Shown here piece after piece: positions 33,920-47,000 of a stretch of 64,000 nt of DNA. The notes beneath the pieces are model-generated. The model worked only from the letters and a program-made list of their open reading frames with translations. It did not search any database and was not told the origin of the DNA. Within the stretch, counting starts at the first letter, position 1. Each line of letters starts with the position of its first letter. Source of the stretch: Phallusia mammillata (lineage: Eukaryota); assembly GCA_965637545.1 (NCBI GenBank), contig OZ281498.1, positions 11,346,001 through 11,410,000 on the forward strand, read 5' to 3'. The position numbers and the translations under genes are program-made.

Positions 33920-36900
33920 ATTACAACACGAAACACATAGGCGAAATTGTGAGCAACATACATAACATATAGACCATTAACATGTGCTTATCAGCGTGTT
34001 TTTCGTTGTATATCACACTAAAGCATTGCGGCCAATATTAGACACAAAAGAAACAAAATCTTATTGATGGATAAATTGATTGACTGGTCGTTTGATGTTT
34101 ACCGTTACATAAAACACCCAGGAATACCAATCCTTTGATCTGGTTAAGACGTTTTGCTAAATGGATTTCTAAACCTCGCCGTTTGAAAAGCAGCGTGAAA
34201 AACTGTTGCAATGAAACTGTTTATTAATGTGCGATCTTACAAGAATTTAGGTTCTCCATCTGATGTACGATGAAGCATTCCAATTATCTACTAATATTTC
34301 CGCCGCTCTCTGCTATGAGGACGCGTTGGGGGCAATTCCATCTTACCGCAACCGGCGTTGGGTTTGCAAACATCATTCACTCCCGTTGCCTGGAAATGTT
34401 TCGCAATGTGGCAAAGGTTCTGAATAATTAAAGATTTGCCGCAATTTTCGCCTTTTTGCGTGATCGGGCAAAACGCACGAAAGGTACAGCATCAATAAAA
34501 CATGGTTACAATAGAAGTTTCAAACTTCGTGCCTGGCAAAAGACACTTCTTATTTTACGTGTTTCTATTTCTGTATTATTGTCAATTGAACAACTTCGTA
34601 ATGCGGATTCCTTTTACAATACAGTTTTTCGCAAAACTTAAAAAATAAGGCACGGTTGGGTCTGCAATTATACAAATAAGACAGAAATATTAGCAATATT
34701 TTTCCAATTTTCTCACAGTCATGTACTAATGAACATCGATTTTTGCAAAGAAAGAAGGCATGTGACCTTCATCAGCATCAGTCATCGGTTATCCGTCGCA
34801 AAATTTAAAAAATTTGATCAAACCCTAGTAGTTTGATTAGCGAAATGGATGCTTCGCTCACGCCTGGACCAGGACGCTTTTTTCATTGATCCTTATCCAT
34901 CAAGTCGATGGTTTATGGTTGAGGGTCGAAAGGCAAGACGACAAACAGTGTTGGGCAGAGCTATCTGAGGTAGTCTTGAATAATTAACGATTAGCCAAGT
35001 GACGACTGTTTGGCGTTTATTAACGATAAATTTGCCTTTCGGTAAAGAATTCTCAAAAAGCTTTTTTTGGTTTCCACTCGCAACAATACAAACAACCACT
35101 GCATCGAGTTGATATGAGAAACAGACTGGTGAGAAAGAAGCTCACGGAGCGGGTATGCTAATATGGTGGCTTGAACATGTCGCGCTATTATGCACGGCAT
35201 TAAATATTAATGCGTCCTGGAAGTCGCACGAGTGTCGTTGAAAAACAAAGAACGCTTATAGAATGCAATGGGTCTGCGTAAATCCGTGACAACCACGTTG
35301 GTTGTCGAAGAAACGACAATGAGAAACAGTATGAGAGAAAAGACATTTGCGGCATTGATGCGCACCTATCTTGGAAGTTACCTGCGTAAAAATGAAATTT
35401 GGTATAGCTTTAAGACTACAGTTATTAATTGCTATTCCGTTGTGCAGTTTATTGGTATTATTCGAGGCCAGGTTTCCTTATTTACAGTAACGACAAAGAA
35501 ATACTACGTTAAGAGTTTGTTTCTCCTTTGCAGTTAAACAAAGAAGCCGACAAAAATCGCGCTGGTTACCTAAATAAATATGTTCCAGTAAATATATCTA
35601 AATGAAAAAGTGACATGTGAATGTTATTGTTGATAGGCGAATAAGTCATTGATTACTTCAAAACTTTTTTTACTCATGGATCAGAGGCACTTGAAATTAA
35701 CATTATAAATGCCAGAGTTGGAAACATGTAAACCCTCAAAGGAACAAGTCAATGTTCTTTGAACGTTTGGGCTTAAGCAGTTGTTGTGCAACCATGCCAA
35801 TGTCGCTCATCACTCAGCACCGACCGAGTGGACCACTATTGATCTGGGCTGGTTAGTGTCATTACCGAGCATGTGCGCCATGTTGTTGAATTACTTGGGC
35901 ACAACGCACAAAATTATAATTAGTATCAATACTTAAAAGGGTATGCGATTACTCTTCAAAGTTACCGGGGTTAGTCCGGGCAATACTAGTTGGCTTGTAA
36001 AGTACAATGCAAGTTCTAATAATGATGAATTGCAACGTCTAAGTTTTCTAAACAAAACAGCTGAACTCTAAAAAATACTTGAGGTAGGCGCGGTAAAATA
36101 CCAAGTGTCCTTTCAGAAATTTCGAAAGGGTCAAGAAATGGGGATAATTTGCTTTCTTTGCATATTACCTAATCTAATGGCCAACGTCATAAAAATCGAT
36201 CCAACGGTATAATGGCAGCAAACTCGCCTTTCGATAAACGACAACTTGGCTTATCCGCCAAGATCACAGGGGGTGCGTCTGCCACCCGTCTGATTATTGA
36301 AACAGGTCGCTTTATTCCAGAGCGCGTGAAGCCGCCTAATGGAAAATACGCGTTTAATTAATTATGGCTGCCTTAGATGGGCAGCGGATGTGCATTAGGC
36401 AAATAGCAAGCGCCGCTTCACAACACCTTGGGTTGCCAAGGCTGTCTTTTAAACGCTAGTTAAACCTCGAAAGCATGGAATCGCTCGATTCATCTTGGCC
36501 AAGCAGAGCAAGGCATTAACGACGAAATGCCTATTGATTCACACAGGCGTGGCATATAGATCAAGTTGACTACACCCTTATCAGGGAAAGCCTAAGCCAT
36601 ATGAGTCACAAGGATAGAGTTCTGCGCTGGCAGTTTAAGACGAACAACCACAATTCTCAGGAGAAAAGCGCACTTACGCAACTGGGTTAAAGCGGGCGTA
36701 CAGATGAAGACATTTAAAGAAACAGTCTATTCCTTTTGCTAACGATAATAAACTGTTGTAAAATCTTAATTAGACAGCACTATATGACTGCAATTCAGAC
36801 GGTTGTAAAGTAACTGGATTGGAAAAGCAGTATTGACTAAAAAGGCCAGCTCGAATCCTATCGCTAACAGATTGGTTTCGGAGGTGTCAACAGTTGTTGT

Positions 36901-37406
36901 TGCGACTTGTTTGAGTTGCATCTTGACCTATACCTTTGTGTTATTTAGCGAATAGTACCAATGGGGTTTATCTTGTCGCCATGAATGAAACGTTTGTTAA
37001 AATGCAATACAAAATGCTGCATTGAGTCTTACAAGGAGTATTCGAGAAAAACACGGAAAGCCATCTACCATACGATCCTGATGACAAATCTCTACAACAA
37101 AGAAAATACAAAAACGACAAAACCAAATTGAAACTTAAAGGTACGTTTGTGTCTTTGTTATAAAAATGGGTAAATGCATCTGAAGGAAACTTTATATGTT
37201 TCTGCAGTCACTACATAAATCCGACCTCATACATTATGAATGCGAAAATGACTACATTCAAATGCGAGGTTTCGATTTTTTCGTTTTGTGATATTAATAT
37301 ATAACTTACTTCTGTCGTTAGGAAATCCGCGCTACTTGTTTAAGATATACGTTGGGTAATTTATCTGAATATTAACGAACAATGCTAATAAAACTGCGCT
37401 CTAAAC

Positions 37407-37726
37407 CAGGGATGGGCAACCTTTGTTACTGTAGGGCCAATTATAAATGTCAAAATTGGATCGCGGGCCGCACATGTGCATAACACAAAGTGATTTTGCT
37501 TTGTTTCTTACCTAATATGCTTAACTACAAGCATAATTCGTATTTAATTCTAGCCACATTTTGCCAGATCGCAGAAAACTAGAATCAGGCGCATTAATCA
37601 GCTCAAAAATATGTAGTAATTGGACTCGTTTGCCAGTAATTTTGAAATCCAAGCGTCTCTGCGGGCCGCACAACCTTTTAATGAAGGGCCGCATGCGGCC
37701 CGCGGGCCACAGGTTGCCCACCCCTG
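37407..37726. mobile_element. hAT (Charlie-like) MITE
   Basis: TIRs CAGGGATGGGCAACC / GGTTGCCCACCCCTG; TSD CTCTAAAC / CTCTAAAA. Confidence 0.85.
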
Positions 37727-38789
37727 CTCTAAAACCAATGACCAATTGTGTAGGGCATTTTCAATTGGAAAGTAATTTTTGCTCTCAAGAATACAATTTT
37801 CTTAAAATGTAAAGCTGGATATTTCTTCAAACTTATTACATACATATCCAGTGACGTTTGTCCAAACTTTATCATATTAGTTTGATATTGATCTACAACT
37901 GTTGCTTTAAATTATGATCATGTGTGAAAAGCTCTTAAGAATAACAAGGTCAAGAACAGCAAACTCTAATTTTAACTTCTTATTACCTGAAAGTAATCTT
38001 AAAGATAAAAACGTCAAACTAAAAACAACTAGATCATTATACAAGATATAATAAAATGGGTGTCAAATGTAAGCAGATAGTTTATCAAGTGTAATTTTTG
38101 TAGTATAGTTTATTTTTGTTACGTTTTTCATTGACCAAACCTCAACCTGCGTTTTGTTTTTAGATTGTATAAACAGTCGATTTAAAAACTACTTTTTATT
38201 TGCGGGGTTCGAACCCGGGACGCTCCCGGGTAAGGATCCCGATCGTTTGTTTGTGACTGAATGTGGTTAGGTGCTTCGGACCATTCGACAAAAATCCAAT
38301 TGTCTGTTTGCTGTCCAACAGCGACCGAAAAACATATTCGTATTCTAGTAAGATTACCGCTAAGGAGAGCTAAAGAGCCACGATAATATAATCTGACGGT
38401 TTTTGCAGCAAAGATATCGCACAGCGTCAAAGCGCTGTAAATACGACTGCAGGCTGTGGCTGCTGCGCGTTTGCAGTGGAGCTGGATGGAAGCATTAGAT
38501 TGTTTCAATTATTTATATCTGCAGTGTAAGTGTTGTAGGTTGGTTACCTGCTGGAAAATTGTTTCAACTCCAAGCGCCATTAGGGGAAAAAACAAAAACG
38601 AACCCGAATAGGGTACTGACTGTTCAGTGCAAAGACATGAGTGTTAAGAACCATTTAGGTATTGCTTTGTTTTTAAGAACAGAATAAAGTGTACGTGTCA
38701 AAGTTGAATGTTAATAAACTGATAAACAAGTTGACTAGCTAAGCCTCACATAACAATTGTCTATGTATGGCATAGGGGAGGAGTGTAAG

Positions 38790-39163
38790 CAGTGCCGGAT
38801 TAACCATTAGGCAAAGTAGGCACGTGCCTACAGGCCAGTCAAAAATCCAGGCCACTTTAAAATCATTAGAAATTTAGTCATGTTTTCAAAATAATTATTT
38901 TGTGTATTGAAAGCGATCTACTCCGTAAGATTGACCTCCGAAAACTAGTTAACGCGTTTTCAATCGCAAAAACGCGCAAAGTTGTAATTTAGTTAGGCAT
39001 ATGACCAAGTTTTTGCACGGTACCCTGAGTTATAGTTGCAACAACGATCTTTGTGACAATGATTGGGCAACACTGATAATTCTAATTTTTTAGTTGGCAA
39101 CCCTGATTTTCGGGCCACTTATAAAATGTGCCTACAGGCCAGCAGACCCTTAATCCGGCACTG
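38790..39163. mobile_element. hAT-type MITE
   Basis: TIRs CAGTGCCGGATTAA / TTAATCCGGCACTG; perfect 8-bp TSD AGTGTAAG. Confidence 0.9.
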
Positions 39164-41035
39164 AGTGTAAGTTGTGCTGGTCATCAACGTTACTTATCCC
39201 TAAGGAGATGACAATGCGTCATTCTGTTTGAATTGTGTCTAAAATACGTTTAAGTGGTGGTAAACAACCGTAACGGTACAAAATACCGCAAATATTATTG
39301 TGGCATAGATTTAAGCAGCTCCAAACCAGCATGTTAAATGTCATATAAACTGCTGAATTTACTGACAAGTCGTGCTTGATTGAAACAAGCACCAGCTCTT
39401 AGTCTATTTCTTACCCAAAGCACCGATATACTAGAGACTTTGAATAGTTGCTACAGCTACAATGAGTACGAGTTTAAGCAATTCGCAAAACTTGATTGAA
39501 ACAATCAACGCGAGACAATTTTACACTTCCTTAGGTACTTTTCCTGTCATCGATTTGAAACACCACGTTCGTCTCGATAGTCGTGATCAGCAAAGCGGAA
39601 CGACGCGTTTCGACGTATGATCGATTATTCGTGATTTCAACTTAAAACGAAGCTAGACGAAGTGTTCATTCGACACATGTGCTAATATTGCTGCTAGGTT
39701 ATCTTTGTGTTATATGTATTGTTAAAGGGCTTGTTCAGGTGCACGACATACAAGACCGTATACTGGGCAGTATGAACCTCACGCATGGCTCTTGCTCATT
39801 AGTCGTTTCTTTAAACCGGCGTACAATAAATGCGCTGCCATAACATGTCAAATCGATCTATCGAATATTCGATCTAAAAAACTGACGTCGTTTTCAAGGC
39901 GGGCGCACATATTTTTGGAAAACGAGCTCCCGCGAAAACAGAGAGCAAACATCAAGTCAACACAGAGGGCGTGTGTGACTAATTACCACAATGCTGTTGT
40001 ATTGTGTGAGTGTGTTCACACGTTGTATTTGGTTCAATTTCAAGAAGGTGCTGGCAGTTCAGAAGGTTAAACTTACATTGCATCAAATGTGTCAGGCCAA
40101 TGTTTGGGTAAAAACGCTTGTGTTTAAAACACGACCGGAGCTTCTGTCAGGTCAAGTAATCCGACTGAAGCGAATAGTGGTGGATACTGGATAGTACAGC
40201 AGTGTGCTTTCTTCGCAATGTCTTACCTGCGGGGCATCAGCGTAAAGCGCACGGCGACCAAGCGTACAGCACACAACACAGCAAGTTTTTTGTGGCTGTG
40301 TGGCAAAAACGTCACCCAACCAATTGTCAGTTGCCATAGCAGCCAAGTGCCATGATTTGCGGCTGGGTTAAACGTCGTGTATTGTCTGTGGCGTATATTT
40401 ACAGGGAGCCAGAAAAGCGTTTAAGCCACTGAGAGCTGTAGTCAGCACACGTTGGGTAATGTTAATGCCCTCAAAATGTGTTAGTTTCAGGAAGGAAAGT
40501 AAAATTATATTCGTTTCTGTGTTGTCAAAGCATTAAATAAAATGTGGGACAGTGTGTAAAGTTGATTGATTAGGGTGCTGACATCAAACTCCAAGGTTGT
40601 CACTGTTTATGGGTGTTGTTTTGGTCTTTTTAGTTTTGGAGCGCCAGGTGTCGGTTTAATTAATTTAAGTTATGTCGCTTAGTATTGTAATGATAGACGG
40701 AATTGTGCATTGTGCTAAGTTTTTTTTTGTCTGATAATTTGGTAAAGAGTTCTTATACCTCGCCCTTTTCGGCGTATTGCTTGACATCTTGACAACTAAA
40801 ACAGTAGATTAAACCTATTCTATTACATATGATATTTAGTTTTGCAAACAGGTTTTCTGGATCAATAATGACATAATATAGGACTGAAAATGGATAAAAA
40901 TTTAATACAGAGTAACAACTTTCCCCAAACAAGAGCTTATGGGGTAGTTAAGATGTTCCTGTTAATGGCCCTGTCCCGGAAGCGCTAGCCTGACACTTCC
41001 AGGTGCTGTTGACTTTGCTGGTTAAGCGGGGCAAA

Positions 41036-44000
41036 ATGAATGATTCAAGATTTGAGCGCCGTAGCAGCAGCGGAGGCCCAAACCCTATTCAGTGGCGACG
41101 AAGCTTCGGTGGCACGGCACCTTGTGTGCAAACTACGTCAGATTTTGACAGCTGTCGCCGAGCCTCAACCCCCAGCACTTTAATGTTGAACAATGGTTCT
41201 GCGTGCGCAGCTGATCGAAAAGCCATTTTGATGCGGCTCGAAAGAACGAATGATAGTGTGACATGCATGCGGCGAGAGTCTTTGAAGGATAGCTCTGAAA
41301 CTGAACTTCTAGCTGACGAATTGCCAGCTAGTCCAGGGCGGAACAGACTGGGCATGGCTCTGTCCTCTCAATCAAAACTTATCACTGATTCCGATCGCAG
41401 AAGATGCCAGTCGGCACAAAGTGATGCTCGAGGTGTAAAAGTCCACATTGGTCTTTTGCCCAAATCAAAGTCATGTGACGAACATGCAGAACTTGGTAGT
41501 AAGTCAGTGAAAATGAAGAAGACAAGAAAACATTCTAAAATATCCAACGTTTTTTCGCGGCTGCAACAGACTGTGTAAGTCTATCGACCGACACACATCA
41601 ACCTAAATGAGTGTCCAAAATTTATATTTCACTGTGTGAAATAAATATACATAACGCATGTTTACATGCATCCGTAAGTAAAAAATGTAACTCCGCAAGT
41701 TTTTTTTTCACAAAAAAGGGTTTAAGACATAAAACGGCAGGAGGACAGATTTTCCATTGTACACGTTCGAATCTATTGTCAGGTATAGCGTTCTTAAAAT
41801 ATCGAATTGAACTTTACACGCCCCGCTAACTTCAGTCAACATCGGTAAAAAGGTTACGACCACTTGTTTTTCGTGTTTGCTTGCTTGTTCTGTTTGATTC
41901 TGGAGTATTCACCGCAGACAACAACATGCGCTGATGACGTTCTGTTGTTTTGTCGCTGCAGGAGGCGGAAAATGCCAGGTCCCAAGAGGCACCGGTCGCA
42001 ACAGTTCGACACAGATAAAGAAGTACAGGAGGCATGCCGGAGACGGATTCGCATTAACGTCGGAGGAACTGTACATGAGGTGCTGTGCCCTGAAGTAAAC
42101 GTTTGTTAAAATAAACGTCAAAACATTTTATTTTAGCCATACTTGGCATCAAACTGGTTTGTGTTGATACGATGATACGACATTATTTCTTAAATGCTGA
42201 TATGTGTAAGATAACAATTTATTATAATTTTTCTATTTGCTAAAATAGAACAACTCACGAGAAGATACAATTGTGACGTTATTGTCTCAACAAAAATCAC
42301 CACTTGGTGCAAAAAAGGTATTTGGCACATCCCTGAAAATGTTTTTATCCTATAATTTCAGTCAAGATGGGGAACCTTAGACAAATTGCCGCGAACCCGA
42401 CTGGGTCGTCTACGTCACTGTGAATCGCGCACGCAAATTATGACTTTGGCCGATGATTACAATCCCGATGCGGAGGAGTTTTTCTTCGATCGACATCCGG
42501 GTGCTTTTGTTCCAGTCCTCAATTTTTACAGGTAATGCGTTAGCTATAAATATCGTTATGTTTCAGTTAGGATAAAATACATTTCATATTAGAAACATTT
42601 ATAAGTCAGTCTAATCTCAAGTTTCTCGGTCATACATAATTCACGCACGACCGTGGCCACTTCAGAAGCAAGCAAGTTCCTTCAGACGGACATGAAATTT
42701 CAATCTGTGCGCAGCCTTGCGACTCAGTCGCCTTTTAAAGTCAACCAACATGACAGGCTATGCTTTGCTCCTTTGAAAAGACGCACTTGTCATGGTGCTC
42801 ATGTCAAATCGCTAAACATCCTTTGATTGATTAAACGTGAAACGTATTTCCCCTAGCTACAGCAACATACTATATTACCACACGTTTATGTGATCAATCA
42901 AAACGTACTAAGGTTATATAGTGTCGTACTAGGTCACAAACAAAACCATTTGTTTTCGTCACTCCAGAGTTGCAAGCGGGCCCAAAATCTGAGCCCGAAC
43001 CCGGCCCGAACCCGGCCCGAACCCGAAAGTATAAGCCCGAAGCCCGGCCCGAACCCGAAACGTTTTTGAGAAGCCCGTTTAGGCCCGAAATTTTGATTAA
43101 CAGGCCTATCCACGAAAGCCTCGCAACAAAGGACGAGAAAGAAAAAAGAGAAAGACAACAAACACAATGAACAATAGTAGACAATGGCGTAAACAATATT
43201 TTTTAGAGTAGGGTGGGCATTAGGTCAAAGCCAGAGACTTGTTACTTAGCTCAGTGATTTTATTTAAAAAAATGGCGGACACGGAACGTAAAGTCAGGCC
43301 CGTTTTAAGCCCGTTTTCTCACAAATACCTAAGCCCGAACCCGGCCCGAACCCGGCCCGAAAAGCCCGGCCCGACTTGCAACTCTGCGTCACTCATCTGA
43401 AGAGTTTAATTGCTAATTCGGATGCGTTCAGTACGTTACGCAAAGACCACTGCGGCAACGTTTAATTTGCGTCGTGCCAAATCATAATAGGGCCATGCTG
43501 TCATGCTTAGAAAACAGTCATTTTAAACCATCTTAAAATGTCAAGTCAGATATGCTATAATGTACGGAGGGATATGTTCTGAAATGCGTGTTATTTCGAA
43601 ACCTTTTTTAAATTTTTTTTTATCAACTGCGTCAAACGTGCAGGTCCAGGGTGAAACTAAGAGAAATAAGCAACACTTCAATGATGTTACAAACTTTTGT
43701 TTTCAACCATAGGCACGAACGGGTTTTCAACGAAGCGTTTCTGGTGACTGGCGCAACAAACGTCGAGTACGTCAAAACTGAAATTCCGCAAAATTGCTAT
43801 CCACAAACGCGTGCGTCACTTTTTAGGCCGCTAGTCGATCTGATCCCTAATCTCTAGTGGCATCCCACCTACTATCGATCAGGAAACTTCCCAAAGCGAA
43901 TAACTGTACACTTTTTTACCCCAGAAGAATCAAGGTTGCTTTAGTCTCTGAAATAGCGCATTTGCATGTAAAACAATTGTGAGACATTCTTCGCTAAAGA

Positions 44001-47000
44001 TAGGTGCTGTGAAAAGGCAAACACACGCCTAATAGGTTTAAAGTGCAGGTGTATTCGATATTTTCGCTTAAACAGAACGGGACAGAGAAATGACCATTCT
44101 CCCCACCTTTTTCAGTTATCTGTTCCGCTTAGCGAACTCGGAATTTCGTGGATCATTGTTTTCAGTTTTTGGCATTTTAAGATCAAACTTTGACTCTATG
44201 ACATTTTTGCACATACAGTTTTGAAACTTTTCGTTATATGGACGCAGTGGTATTTTAAACATAAATATTTTTTGATTGATGTCGCGTTTCAAAACTGTTT
44301 GTCTTAGAACTGGAAAACTTCACATGCCTGAAGACATCTGTGCCCTCGCATTTAGCACAGAACTTGACTATTGGGGCATCGATGACATTTATATTGAATC
44401 CTGCTGTCAAGGTAAGGTTCTTGCAATTTTGTTACATAAAAATTCGGCGACATTCAATCCACAAGATAATGTGTCGTGTTTAAGCACCTTCGGGATCGTT
44501 TAAGTCAGTGGTTCCCAAACTTTTTCATTATTTTGTCAAAACGGTCCCTTTGCCATTATTTCGAGGGCTCGCGGTCCTTTAGCTGGAATGTGCATTTCAG
44601 GAAAACGAAAGTTGATTGCAGGATTTTCGCTAGTTATGCAAAATTGCGCATAATAATGATCTAAACTCTATAAAAGACAGCTTGTGACATTACAGACAAG
44701 ACAAAAAGCAGTACGATTGTGCGCGAACAATTGCATTTTTGATAGTTGCCTTTCAATAAAGGCTATTGTTTAGCAATGGAGACAGTCGATTTCTCAATTC
44801 TCTTGATTTAAACTTATTCAGTAGCACAAACTGACGCTAAATAAGATTATAGAATTACTTGACCCGCTTCGCGGTCCCCCTATAAAATTGCCTCACGGAC
44901 CCCTAAAGGACCGCGGACCCCAGTTTGGGAACCGCTGGTTTAAGTCGTTATACAACCAACTTCGCTTAAAGATTCGGATTATTTTGTGTAAATAATTAAA
45001 GAGATAAGTGCATTTGCGTTTTTATGTTTGCCAAACGCACAAAAGCTCTTTGGCATTTGTTGTGCTTTTCTTGATGTCAACGTTTTAGGCCGCCATGCAG
45101 CGCTTGGTTGTTTCGGCTTTCGATTTTACTTTAAACAATTTAAGTATAAAGGTTGTTTGCAAATTTAGTTTTTTCCATATTATCCCTTCAGAAAACCTCG
45201 TTTTTTGAAAGTGTCGAATTTTTTATGCACTTTTATAAATAATGCATTGCCCCCTCGAGGATAATGTGCCCACACCGATGAGCAACCGAACTAGGTAATT
45301 TTTAAGATGGGCCAATATGATCTTGCTGGAGACAGGTTTGACGTCAAGAGAATGACATGGCCCAAAGACTTTCACCTAATCAAGTGATATCAGATGGAGT
45401 TCAATACATCAACATGCATAATGACTTTAATCAACGAGTTCTCTTTGTTTTTTTAGCTCGTTATCATCAGAAGAAAGAGCAAATTTTGGAGGAGCTAAGG
45501 TCAGTATATACCCATCACTCTGAAAAACCAACCCTAATAGGCTGTACCTCTTTTTCACAAACTATAATTGGTGCCTTTTTGGGTGTGTGTGCAGTTGTAA
45601 ATATATTTGTCATAACGCTGTTTTACCATAAGTGGAAGCAAAATTATACACGGTTGTTCAATTTACTTTCTGTAATGGTTATGTGCACGAATGTACAAAA
45701 TAAACCAGAATTTAGTTTAGGTGTTGCTCAATAAATTTTCCGCCCTTGTGGTATCTGTGGTTTTAAGCATCACACAAAAAAACACGCAGCAATTTGAGGT
45801 TGTCAGGAATAATCATTGATTTTAGGGTGATTGTTTAAAACAACAGCAATGTGGCCAAACATTAGTTGAATTTGCCTTTTTGCATCCATATATAATCCAA
45901 TCGATTTTCGTTGGTACTAAGTAATCTCAATCCGGGTCACTGAGCCCACATGGCCTACGCACAATTGGCTTTTCCACTTCACCCAGCGCCCGAAACGAAT
46001 CGAGCTGTCGCGGGTACGATATTAACCTAATTAGCGCGACGTGCTGCGGTGACATGTTGAGAATTGAACTGTATTACATATAAACCCGGTGACCGATTCC
46101 GCAAAATACCAGCATATTGCGGCCTCGAAAGCCAACCTTGATTACAAAAGCGAACTTGATTCAACATCATCTTCAATAAAGCTTTGCGGTCATAAAGAAT
46201 AAAGTCAAACGTTATGTACAAACATTTTTAATTTTTAAAAGTATAAACATTCTGCTAATCATCCATCATTTTCACAATCATTTGTTGATTATATACTTGA
46301 GTTCTTTACCTTGGAATCTTTCTTGATCCATTGTCCAGTTATAGCCTTAAGGCAACCTTCTGATGGCAATACACATCAAATGTAGAAATGTTTGTGGCCA
46401 GACGAAACAGCAATTACAACTGTGATGTTAATTCACTGCGCTTTGATAATGACTGTTTTAAGGAAACGATGCGTTTATTTTAGAAGATATATCTTCTATG
46501 GTATACCATATCTTTTAAAATTCTTGTAGCAATACGCATAGTTTTGCACAAACTGTATCTGTGTTATCAGGTTTAGCAAGTAACTAATAACCTAAAAGCT
46601 TTTAACCTAAAATTGATGTTGTCTACTCATTGCAGGCGGGAAGCTGAAGCGATGCGAGAGCGCCAGGGCGACGATTTTCGTGGAATGTGTTGCGCGGAGA
46701 GAAGAAAGAAGATTTGGGATCTGATGGAGAAACCAAACTCTTCTCTTGCCGCTAAGGTAATGTTCCAACAAGAATGTACTACATTGTGGTTACTTTGCGC
46801 TTGTGCAAAGCAATGTACACGAGTAGTTATTGATATATACCAGTAATATCCGTAGACTACATTATTTTTGTTGATTACAGGTTATTGCAATCCTGTCGAT
46901 TCTATTCATCGTTCTATCAACAGTCGCTCTCACTCTTAACACATTGCCAGAACTACAAAGTATGTCAAAAAACACACAGTATTTACTATTGACCGCATGT

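Noticed and set aside
35200-35540. Short ORFs with a hydrophobic stretch in the Kv2 upstream region
   Set aside because: No recognisable domain or consistent exon chain
38200-38250. GGGTTCGAACCC B-box-like palindrome
   Set aside because: No A box or cloverleaf found nearby
42894-43196. Pro/Gly-rich ORFs (PEPGPNPAR)
   Set aside because: Arise from MITE subterminal repeats
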